Origin: Sedimentisphaeraceae bacterium JB056
Lineage (GTDB): Bacteria; Planctomycetota; Phycisphaerae; Sedimentisphaerales; Sedimentisphaeraceae
Direction of reading: 5' to 3'
NCBI GenBank assembly: GCA_044440125.1
Contig: JBITAJ010000015.1
Coordinates: 160,001-224,000 of the forward strand
DNA length: 64,000 nucleotides
Under the pieces are notes generated by a model that ran no database searches, was not told where the DNA came from, and worked only from the letters and a program-made list of their open reading frames with translations. Each line of letters begins with the position of its first letter. Within the stretch, counting starts at the first letter, position 1. Of this stretch, positions 37,754-46,334 are shown one piece after another. The position numbers and the translations under genes are program-made.

Positions 37754-38001
37754 TTCTCTCTATTGTGTTCGTGTAAATATTTTTTACGTCACTTGAGACA
37801 GTAAAATTGAATACATTTAAACTGTTTCCCTTTTTTGTTACCTTAATATTCTTATTGGTATAAAAGATGACTAATTACTACTAAAAGGTTTTCAACAAAA
37901 ATGCTGGTTTAGGCTACTTTTATGCTAAAATATATTGCTTTTTCAATCCCTTGATGCTAAAATTAAACTTAAGTAAGATGTGTCAATATTGGGCTTTTAT
38001 T

Positions 38002-38919
38002 ATGGTTAAAATAATACTACGTTCATTTCTTTCTGTTTTGTTCATGTTTGGTTTTGTAGTAGAGCTGAGATCAGAGACATCGATGGAATCTTTTGGCTAT
38101 TTGTCAAACAATTGGCTTTCTGATTCTTGTTCAGATCCTGATTGGTGTAATTCTATGGATTCCAATAAAGATGGCGTTGTTGATAATGACGATTTACTGA
38201 ATATTATTAATGAGTGGTTGTTTAACGATGCCAGGGGAATCGTGTGGATAGCTATTGATAAACCTGGTTTTTCCGGCGAGATAAGCAAGTATGAGACAAC
38301 AAATCTTCAGTATGCAAACTACTTGAATCAGGCCTTGTCTCTTGGGCTTGTGTTTGTTCATTCTAATGGTTATGTTTATTGTACAGATGACATTGATTGC
38401 TCAATGCCGTTAATAGCAACTTATTCAACTATAAATCAATTCGGACAAATCATATATTCCAATGGTGAGTTCATCGTAAGAGAGCGTGATTGCTATGACA
38501 TGTCAAACCATCCTGTTTCTTGGGTTAGCTGGTATGGGGCAAAGGCCTTCTGTGATTATTATGGCTATCATTTGCCTTCAGAGCCACAATGGACAGCAGT
38601 AGCTGATTATGAGGACAATCATTATGCTTGCGGTTGCATTATAGACATATCACTGGCTAACTATAACGTATCTAATCCTTTGTCGCTTACGTCGGAGCCA
38701 TATACTACTCCTGTTGGTTTTTATCCTGCCTATGGCTATGATATTAATGATATGGCGGGTAATGTCTGGGAATGGACTTCGAGTTCAAATTCAGTAGGAA
38801 GTTATGTTGTTAAAGGCGGTGCATGGGATTCTGGTTACTATTATTGTACAGTTGACGGTTCTAAAAGTATTACAGCATCGAATGTCAGCGGAGCTTTAGG
38901 CTTTAGAGTTTGTCGCTAA
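38002..38919 (+). CDS. Secreted FGE-sulfatase/SUMF1 (CLec-fold) domain protein with an N-terminal dockerin-like EF-hand
   Basis: KYETTN.QY, HPV..VSW.GA.AFC, LPSE.QW, DMAGNVWEW, GGAW and GFRV; N-terminal DSNKDGVVD.DDL....WL. Start uncertain (37951, 37978 or 38002). Confidence 0.85.
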   Translation: MVKIILRSFLSVLFMFGFVVELRSETSMESFGYLSNNWLSDSCSDPDWCNSMDSNKDGVVDNDDLLNIINEWLFNDARGIVWIAIDKPGFSGEISKYETTNLQYANYLNQALSLGLVFVHSNGYVYCTDDIDCSMPLIATYSTINQFGQIIYSNGEFIVRERDCYDMSNHPVSWVSWYGAKAFCDYYGYHLPSEPQWTAVADYEDNHYACGCIIDISLANYNVSNPLSLTSEPYTTPVGFYPAYGYDINDMAGNVWEWTSSSNSVGSYVVKGGAWDSGYYYCTVDGSKSITASNVSGALGFRVCR

Positions 38920-38937
38920 GTGATTATCTTTATATTA

Positions 38938-38975
38938 AAAAAGCGGGAATGTTTATTGAAACATTCCCGCTTTTT
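38938..38975. terminator. Bidirectional intrinsic terminator (perfect 17-bp stem, 4-nt loop)
   Basis: AAAAAGCGGGAATGTTT-ATTG-AAACATTCCCGCTTTTT. Confidence 0.9.
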
Positions 38976-39003
38976 ATTTTCAACTCATATTGATAATATG
39001 AAT

Positions 39004-39684
39004 TTATTTTTTTCTTCTGCGAATTAAAAGTCCGCCAAGGCCAAGGATAGCCAGAGAAGCAGGCTCAGGAACTACAGAATAGTCGTAAACGACTGTAATT
39101 TCTCCACTTCCTGTCATATTTGTATAGCCGCCTTCAACGCCGCTTGAGCCTGTAATGTTGAAGGTACGTCCACTGTCAAGGATTGTGTCAAATGTGTCAG
39201 TTCCTATGTATGAGAAATGCAGACTACTATTTACTACCTGCGAATCCATGAAAGTAGATGTTGATGGATTTACAATCACGCCGTCAGAAGGATTACTGTC
39301 AATAACACCACTGCCGTCACCGTCATCTGCAGCTAACTCAAGAGCTACATTGTCGCTGATGCTTACGCCTGTACCGGTTACACCAAACACGTCTGCTGAT
39401 GTAAGGTCAGCGTTAACTGCGTACTCGAAAGAAATGTTTGCTGTTGTTTCAGCATCATTATCAGCGATGAATCCGCCTGAATCAACGCTGAATTCGAGAT
39501 AAAACGTTACTGAATTGAGCACTCTTGTTCCACCCATTGTATCAAACCTGTTGAAGGTTGATGTGTGGCTGAAATCGAGAGTCTCACCTGAGAATGTGTC
39601 ATTCTGTGTTATGGTCAACGCGTTGGCCGCAAACGGTGCGACTATAAGCATTGCCATTGCCAAATAGAGCATTTTTACTTTCAT
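39004..39684 (-). CDS. PEP-CTERM surface protein (choice-of-anchor-E-like N-terminus)
   Basis: Signal peptide ending ANA; FNRFD..G...LNSV and ITVVYDY; VPEPASLAILGLGGLLIRRRKK. Confidence 0.92.
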   Translation of the reverse strand: MKVKMLYLAMAMLIVAPFAANALTITQNDTFSGETLDFSHTSTFNRFDTMGGTRVLNSVTFYLEFSVDSGGFIADNDAETTANISFEYAVNADLTSADVFGVTGTGVSISDNVALELAADDGDGSGVIDSNPSDGVIVNPSTSTFMDSQVVNSSLHFSYIGTDTFDTILDSGRTFNITGSSGVEGGYTNMTGSGEITVVYDYSVVPEPASLAILGLGGLLIRRRKK

Positions 39685-39756
39685 TTGATTACTCCTTCTA
39701 AATTTAGTTTATTATAACTGTTAACTTCTTACAAGACAGTGGTACGCCAACTGTCT

Positions 39757-40446
39757 TTATTTTATACGTCTTCTTACGAAAAGCATACCGATACCAAGTA
39801 TTGCAATCGTGGCGGGTTCAGGAAGTGTCGTTATTGTCACAAAATCCTGCGCACCATCCATCATGAATATTTTGATATCGCTATTGGGCAAAAAATCAGG
39901 ACTCATTCCTGAGAGATTTGAAATCATGGTGTCAAAGTAGTCCTGAAAGTTTAGCCACATATCTGATGTGCTGCTGAAATTCGGGCCTTCATCGAATTGA
40001 ATATTTCCTGAAGTGATATCATAATTGCCGTCAGATTCTTCAAGTATTTCCCATACAACGGCTTGAGCAGCTGCTGCATAGGTATCTCTTGTAGCCTGGC
40101 CTTCCGGCTGATTATAAACTTCAGGGAAAAATGTTTGGACTGCGTAGCCAACCTTTCGAAGCTGTTCAATGTCGTACTGATCGTAGTCCATTATGTAGTG
40201 AAGTTCGGCAAGCTGGTCTGCTACCATTACATGAGCCTGTGAACAGAACCCATATACGGATCCGTCAATATCTGGAGATTCAAAGTGGAGTGTTCCCACA
40301 GGAACTGTGTAAGTCTCACTGCCAAGATTAACATCAATCGTTACCTGTTCGGCAAGATCCTGAAAATCCATATTGTAGAACTCTGCGAGCGCCAGTGTGG
40401 TTAGACTGAGGGCGCACACAACCCCTATCTTAATATTTCTAAGCAT
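39757..40446 (-). CDS. PEP-CTERM surface protein
   Basis: Start reassigned to ATG 40446 (MLRNIKIG, signal peptide); GFC and AAAQAVVWEILEE motifs; LPEPATIAILGIGMLFVRRRIK. Confidence 0.9.
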   Translation of the reverse strand: MLRNIKIGVVCALSLTTLALAEFYNMDFQDLAEQVTIDVNLGSETYTVPVGTLHFESPDIDGSVYGFCSQAHVMVADQLAELHYIMDYDQYDIEQLRKVGYAVQTFFPEVYNQPEGQATRDTYAAAAQAVVWEILEESDGNYDITSGNIQFDEGPNFSSTSDMWLNFQDYFDTMISNLSGMSPDFLPNSDIKIFMMDGAQDFVTITTLPEPATIAILGIGMLFVRRRIK

Positions 40447-40567
40447 ACTACAACCTTCTGTTTTTCCGTAAAAATTTGTGCTGCTCTTCACCTGAGGCGG
40501 GAAGGCAACTTTTCTATATAATCTATAATCCGATTTTAGATTATAATATACAAGGTGGTGGCGTTGC

Positions 40568-40586
40568 AATAGGGAATTTCCCTATT
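40568..40586. promoter_or_regulatory. 19-bp palindromic operator candidate between the divergent PEP-CTERM and otsAB units
   Basis: AATAGGGAA-T-TTCCCTATT; abuts a minus-strand TTGCAA-18-TATAAT promoter. Confidence 0.55.
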
Positions 40587-40836
40587 TTATAAAAAAGGAA
40601 AAACAAAGCCATGTTTTTTCATGTTTATTTGCATGGAATAGTAATTTGTTTGGGGTGAGTTTAAACTTGAAAAAAGGGCTTATTTCCCTATCATATTTTT
40701 AGGGGATACATTTTGATGTTTAGCTGATATGCATCTTGAGAGTGATTTACAAAATAATATTTTTCATTTATCTTCATCCATCTAAAATTAAAAGAGAAAC
40801 AGAGAGAAGTCTTATAAGAAAGAAAGTAGTTTAATT

Positions 40837-42996
40837 ATGTCTAAAATAATAAATGTTGCTAACAGATTGCCTGTAACTATCAAAGGCAGCAAGATAAATG
40901 CTTCCAGTGGCGGACTTGTTGCCGCAATGGAGGGGTTGGCTGATAAGTATGACCTTGAATGGGTCGGCTGGCCCGGGGCATCATTCAAATCACACCAAAA
41001 ACAAAATGAAATTGAGAGTAAGCTGGTAAATGATCATGGGTATCATCCTGTCTTTTTAAGCCGTAATGAGATATCAGATTTTTATAACGGTTTTTCCAAT
41101 TCCAGTTTGTGGCCATTGCTTCACTATATGACTAACTACGTGCGGTATGAAAAAAAATGGTGGGAACGATATGAACTTATAAACAATCGGTTTGCCGATA
41201 AGGTTATGGAAGTCGCTAAGAAAGGTGATATTGTATGGGTTCATGATTATCACCTAATGCTGTTGCCGAGTTTACTCAGAAAACGGGCGCCATGGTTAAA
41301 AATCGGCTTTTTCCTGCATACGCCGTTCCCTTCATATGAAATATTCAGATGCCATCCTAAGAGGTCAGAGTTACTGGAAGGTCTTATTGGAGCGGATTTG
41401 CTTGGCTTCCATACATTTGGTTATTTGAGGCACTTTAGAAGTGCTGTCATGAGGATTCTTGGTATTGAGACCGATATGAGCAGTATTAAGACTGATGATG
41501 GTTTGTGTCATCTTGGAACTTATCCCATAGGTATAAATACTGCTTCTTTTAAGTCGGAGCTTAGCAGTGAAAGATTTGAAAAGAAGAAGAAGTATTTTAC
41601 AGAACATTTCAAGGACAAAAGAATTGTTCTCAGTGTTGAAAGGCTCGATTATACTAAGGGGATACCTCGTAGGATAATGGCTATTGACAAGTTTCTTGAG
41701 AAATGGCCTGACCGCAGTAACATATGTTTCGTTTTTGTTGCTGTCCCATCAAGAGATGAAGTGTCGGAGTACCAGGATCTTCGGGATCAGGTAGAATCTC
41801 AGATTGGAAGAATAAACGGTAAGTATTCGACTCTTGATAATGTACCGGTAAGATTTATTCATCATTCGGTTGATTTTACGGAATTATGTGCGTTGTATTC
41901 TTTAGCTGATGTTGCTATGGTGACTCCTCTTATTGATGGGATGAATCTTGTTGCTAAAGAATATGCTATGTGCAAAAGCAATGGCGATGGAGCTTTGATT
42001 TTGAGTGAATTTGCCGGCGTTGCGCATGAACTTTTCAAGGCGATAAAAGTGAACCCTTATGATGTAGATGTTATGGCGCATGCTATTGAAGAAGCACTTA
42101 CAATGGATGTGAAAGATAAAACAAGACGTATGACAGGCATGTATGAACGCGTTAGCGAGTATGATGCCGTGTTCTGGGCTAATTCATTCTTGTCTGATCT
42201 TGCTTCTTACCAACCAAGAAAGGCCAGTAGTAATTACTTGCCGAATTCTAAGCAGAATATCAAGGATCGATTTGCTAAGGCTAAAAAGGTTGCCTTATTC
42301 CTTGACTATGACGGCTCTCTGAGAGAATTTCAGGATAGTCCTGAAAAGGCGAGTCCTACTAAAGAGATACTTGCTCTTTTGAGGAAAATCGCTTCCAGGA
42401 AAAATGTTGATGCACATATCATCAGCGGCAGAAAAGGGGAGAATCTTGAACAGTGGTTTGAGGGATTAAACTTGACGCTGATTGCTGAGCATGGTTTTGA
42501 GATGCGTCTCAAGGGAGAAGATAAGTGGCAGCCTTTGGCTGATTCGTACGATCATACGTGGAAACTTCAGGTGAGAAATGTCCTTGAGCAGTATTCCGGT
42601 ACTGTTCCGGGCAGTTTCATTGAAGAAAAAATATCCGCAATTGTCTGGCATTACAGACGTGCAGACCCTGAGTTTGGGCAGTGGAAGGCGAAGCATCTTG
42701 TCAACAGTCTCAACGAGATGAAAGCCAATCTGCCTGTAGAGGTTCACGAAGGAGCGAAAATTGTTGAGATAAGCTCTATGCAGATCAGCAAAGGAAATGC
42801 TGTTCAGAAATTGGTGGAAGGCAAGGGGTATGACCTTATAATTTGTGTAGGCGATGACTATACTGACGAGACGATGTTTAGGATACATGATCCCAGACTG
42901 CTTTCTATAAAAGTTGGTACCGGTGAGACTGCTGCCGATACAGTGGTAAAAGATCCTGCAGAACTTAAAAGACTTTTAAAGTCTATTTTGAATTGA
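40837..42996 (+). CDS. otsAB: Bifunctional trehalose-6-phosphate synthase/phosphatase
   Basis: ANRLP, SSGGL, WVHDYHL, FLHTPFP, RLDYTKG and DGMNLVAKE; HAD domain LDYDGSL, SGR, GDDYTDE. Confidence 0.96.
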   Translation: MSKIINVANRLPVTIKGSKINASSGGLVAAMEGLADKYDLEWVGWPGASFKSHQKQNEIESKLVNDHGYHPVFLSRNEISDFYNGFSNSSLWPLLHYMTNYVRYEKKWWERYELINNRFADKVMEVAKKGDIVWVHDYHLMLLPSLLRKRAPWLKIGFFLHTPFPSYEIFRCHPKRSELLEGLIGADLLGFHTFGYLRHFRSAVMRILGIETDMSSIKTDDGLCHLGTYPIGINTASFKSELSSERFEKKKKYFTEHFKDKRIVLSVERLDYTKGIPRRIMAIDKFLEKWPDRSNICFVFVAVPSRDEVSEYQDLRDQVESQIGRINGKYSTLDNVPVRFIHHSVDFTELCALYSLADVAMVTPLIDGMNLVAKEYAMCKSNGDGALILSEFAGVAHELFKAIKVNPYDVDVMAHAIEEALTMDVKDKTRRMTGMYERVSEYDAVFWANSFLSDLASYQPRKASSNYLPNSKQNIKDRFAKAKKVALFLDYDGSLREFQDSPEKASPTKEILALLRKIASRKNVDAHIISGRKGENLEQWFEGLNLTLIAEHGFEMRLKGEDKWQPLADSYDHTWKLQVRNVLEQYSGTVPGSFIEEKISAIVWHYRRADPEFGQWKAKHLVNSLNEMKANLPVEVHEGAKIVEISSMQISKGNAVQKLVEGKGYDLIICVGDDYTDETMFRIHDPRLLSIKVGTGETAADTVVKDPAELKRLLKSILN

Positions 42997-43021
42997 TAAT
43001 TAGCGATGGAATTAAGCACAA

Positions 43022-44842
43022 ATGAACAATCTTGATTACGGCATCATAGGAAATTGTAAAAGCGCAGCATTGATAAATAAGCATGGCACTATTGAATGGT
43101 GTTGTTTGCCCAATTTTGATTCCGCCTTTATATTTGCGTCATTGCTTGACAAAGATAAAGGTGGAAGTTTTGGAATTGAGCCGGTTGGCGATTACGAGAT
43201 AAAGCAGTCTTACATGGATAAGACAAATATACTGAAGACAAAATTTACCAATGGCAATGATTGTTTTGCTGTAATAGATTTTATGCCGAGGTGGAAAGAA
43301 GACCCTTCCACTTACCACTGTCCTTCTGATGTTGTAAGATATGTTAAGCACATTTCAGGCAGGCCGCGTGTCATAATTAATTATGATCCAAAGCCGGGCT
43401 ATGCAAAGTATGAGCCTGTAAATGAGGTGATTGAAGATAAGTATATAAAGACTTCGACCAAATCAGGGCAGTACGAGTCTATTTATCTATACTCGGATAT
43501 TGATCTTAATGGTATTGATAAAGGTGAAGAGCTTGAGATAACCAATGATCATTATTTAGTTTTATCCTATAATCAGAAAATCAACAGGCCTGATCTTGAT
43601 AAAATTAAGCTTTCGTATCAAAAAACGAAAGCTTATTGGATGGATTGGTCTTCGAGAGGAAGGTTGCCTAAAAAGTATAAAGATTTGGCAGAACGAAGTT
43701 CCCTTACATTGAAGATGCTTGCTTATCAGAAAAGTGGTGCAGTCTTAGCGGCAGTCACTACGAGTTTGCCGGAGACAATAGGAAGTGTACGCAATTGGGA
43801 TTATCGTTTCTGCTGGATACGTGATGCTTCGATGACGATAAATGTCATGGCTAATATCAATCATTACAATGTTGTAAAGCGTTTTCTGGCTTTTATTCTT
43901 GATATAATTCCTTATAAAGATGAAAAGATACAGATCATGTACGGCATTGATGGCCAGCGGAACCTTGCTGAAAGAGATCTCGACTGGCTTGATGGTTATG
44001 AAGGATCAAAGCCTGTACGTATAGGCAATGATGCCTGGCACCAGAAACAAAACGATATATTCGGTATATTGCTTGACGCTATTTTCCAAAGTTTGTGTTT
44101 ATTCAATGGTAATATCAAAGCCATGGATGAGCTTTGGACTATAGTAAGAACTCTTTTAAGGCACGTAGAAACCAACTGGCGGAATCCTGATAAAGGTATA
44201 TGGGAGTTTCGTTCGCAGGACAGACATTTCGTGTTTTCCAAGATATTGTGTTGGGTCGCCGCGGACAGGACCGCAAGAATTGCCTCAATTTTCAATATGC
44301 GGGATTATGTCGTTAAGTGCCGTGATCTTGCCGAGGAGATACGAAAAGATATCATGGCAAATGGTATAAGTGAGACCAGTGGATGCTTTACTCAGGCTTA
44401 CGGTGAGGATTATCTTGATGCCGCCAATCTGCTGGCAGAGCAATATGGGTTTATTTCAGCACAACATCCCGTATACATTAAGACGGTAGAGAAAACATAT
44501 GAAAGGCTTTGTCATAACGGCCTTATGTATCGTTACAGAAATGAGGATGATTTTGGCTTGCCTGAATCATCGTTTACTGTTTGCAGTTTCTGGATGATAA
44601 AAGCTTTATGGAAGACGGGACGTACAACTCTTGCAGAGAAGATGTTTCAAGACCTGATCAGTCATTCCAATCATCTTGGGCTGCTCAGTGAGGATATTGA
44701 TTTTGAGAGCAGGCGATTGCTTGGTAATTTCCCGCAGGCTTACAGTCACCTTGCTCTTATAGACTGTGCGTTTACTCTTTCAGGCCAGGAGACTCTGAAT
44801 CTTGACTGTAATATCAAGATGCCGGATGTCGGGATTTATTAA
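43022..44842 (+). CDS. Glycoside hydrolase family 15 (probable trehalase)
   Basis: TTSLPE, RNWDYRFCWIRD, GIWEFR, LLSED and GNFPQAYSH motifs. Confidence 0.93.
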   Translation: MNNLDYGIIGNCKSAALINKHGTIEWCCLPNFDSAFIFASLLDKDKGGSFGIEPVGDYEIKQSYMDKTNILKTKFTNGNDCFAVIDFMPRWKEDPSTYHCPSDVVRYVKHISGRPRVIINYDPKPGYAKYEPVNEVIEDKYIKTSTKSGQYESIYLYSDIDLNGIDKGEELEITNDHYLVLSYNQKINRPDLDKIKLSYQKTKAYWMDWSSRGRLPKKYKDLAERSSLTLKMLAYQKSGAVLAAVTTSLPETIGSVRNWDYRFCWIRDASMTINVMANINHYNVVKRFLAFILDIIPYKDEKIQIMYGIDGQRNLAERDLDWLDGYEGSKPVRIGNDAWHQKQNDIFGILLDAIFQSLCLFNGNIKAMDELWTIVRTLLRHVETNWRNPDKGIWEFRSQDRHFVFSKILCWVAADRTARIASIFNMRDYVVKCRDLAEEIRKDIMANGISETSGCFTQAYGEDYLDAANLLAEQYGFISAQHPVYIKTVEKTYERLCHNGLMYRYRNEDDFGLPESSFTVCSFWMIKALWKTGRTTLAEKMFQDLISHSNHLGLLSEDIDFESRRLLGNFPQAYSHLALIDCAFTLSGQETLNLDCNIKMPDVGIY

Positions 44843-44890
44843 TTGGCTTAAAGGCAGCGTATTGGTTCTGTATATTTTTTGTTACATGTA

Positions 44891-44918
44891 TTGCATTCTT
44901 TGTGAAAAGCAGTACAAT
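44891..44918 (+). promoter_or_regulatory. Probable sigma70 promoter of pgk
   Basis: TTGCAT-16 bp-TACAAT. Confidence 0.5.
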
Positions 44919-45005
44919 AATCTGAGTTTGCAGATATAGAAGCGTGCCGGGATGCAGAGGCGGCGGCGTTTAATGAATTGAAATGAATTTTAACAGGATA
45001 GAAAA

Positions 45006-46244
45006 ATGGCAAAGAAAACAATTGCAGATGTAGAAGTAGCAGGTAAGAAAGTGCTTATCAGGTGCGATTTTAATGTACCTCTTGATGCAGACAAGAACAT
45101 AACAGACGACGCTCGTATTACTGCGGCTATGCCTTCGATTTCAAGTGTACTTGATCGTGGTGGCTGTGTTATACTTATGAGTCACCTTGGACGTCCTAAA
45201 GGTGAGAGAAATCCTGACTTCTCTCTTGCTCCTGTTGCAAAGAGACTCTCTGAACTTTACGACAGAGAAGTGATTTTTGCTGACGATTGCATTGGAAGTG
45301 ATGTAGAAGCAAAAGCGGCATCACTGAAAGCCGGTGATATAATGCTTCTTGAGAATCTTCGTTTCCAGAAGGCTGAGACTATTAAAGATAAGGCAGCCAA
45401 GGAAGATGCTCAGCTTCGTGAAGCTAAAGATAGTTTTGCAAAGCAGATTGCTGATCTTGCAGACATCTATGTATGTGATGCCTTTGGTACAGCTCACCGT
45501 GACAATGCTTCAATGCTTACAGTTCCTCAGATGATGGAAGGCAAACCAAGGGTTGCCGGTTTTCTTATCGAGAAGGAAATTGAGTTTCTTGGTGAGACAA
45601 TTGATAACGGTCAGAAGCCGTTTGTTGCTATTCTTGGCGGTGCAAAGGTTTCAGATAAGCTTCTCGTTATTGAAAACCTCATGTCAAAGGTTGATACTAT
45701 TATTATAGGTGGTGGTATGAGCTACACATTTGCTAAGGCTAAAGGCGAAAGCATTGGTAACAGCCTTTGTGAAGAGGATTTCGTTGATAAGGCTGGTGAG
45801 CTTCTTGAAAAGAGTAAAGATGGCGATTGCGAGATTCTGCTTCCTGTAGACTCTATCGTTGCTAAGGAATTCAAGGCTGACGCTGAAAATAAGGTTGTAG
45901 AAGGCGATATTGAAGATGGCTGGATGGGCCTTGATATTGGTCCTAAGAGTGCAGAGCTATTCGCAGCTAAAATCAAAAATGCTAAGACAGTTGTATGGAA
46001 TGGTCCTATGGGTGTTTTTGAGATGGAAGCTTTTGCCGGCGGCACAAAGACTGTTGCTCAGGCTCTTGCTGAGGCCACAAAAGCTGGCGCAAGAAGCGTT
46101 ATTGGTGGTGGCGATAGTGCAAGTGCTATCAAGAAACTTGGTCTCCAGAAGGAAGTAAGCCACGTTTCAACCGGTGGCGGTGCATCTCTTGAGATGATGG
46201 AAGGCAAGAAATTTGTCTGTCTGGCTATTCTTGACGAGAAATAA
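45006..46244 (+). CDS. pgk: Phosphoglycerate kinase
   Basis: DFNVP, SHLGRP, LLENLRF, GGAKVSDK, WNGPMGVFE, GGGDS and STGGGASLE motifs. Confidence 0.98.
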   Translation: MAKKTIADVEVAGKKVLIRCDFNVPLDADKNITDDARITAAMPSISSVLDRGGCVILMSHLGRPKGERNPDFSLAPVAKRLSELYDREVIFADDCIGSDVEAKAASLKAGDIMLLENLRFQKAETIKDKAAKEDAQLREAKDSFAKQIADLADIYVCDAFGTAHRDNASMLTVPQMMEGKPRVAGFLIEKEIEFLGETIDNGQKPFVAILGGAKVSDKLLVIENLMSKVDTIIIGGGMSYTFAKAKGESIGNSLCEEDFVDKAGELLEKSKDGDCEILLPVDSIVAKEFKADAENKVVEGDIEDGWMGLDIGPKSAELFAAKIKNAKTVVWNGPMGVFEMEAFAGGTKTVAQALAEATKAGARSVIGGGDSASAIKKLGLQKEVSHVSTGGGASLEMMEGKKFVCLAILDEK

Positions 46245-46269
46245 GACTTAGTTGAAAATTATTTTTTTT

Positions 46270-46308
46270 AAGCGGAGCCGGTTGTATGATCGGACTCCGC
46301 TTTTTTTT
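46270..46308 (+). terminator. Intrinsic terminator of pgk
   Basis: AAGCGGAG-CCGGT / ATCGG-A-CTCCGC stem plus T run. Confidence 0.88.
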
Positions 46309-46334
46309 ACGAATAAAACAGACTTGGAAATTTG

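Noticed and set aside
38002..38919. Catalytic formylglycine-generating enzyme
   Set aside because: The copper-binding cysteine pair of true FGE is absent and no sulfatase is adjacent.
37731..38967. CRISPR repeats or IS terminal repeats
   Set aside because: There are only two copies, 1.2 kb apart, and no cas or transposase gene.
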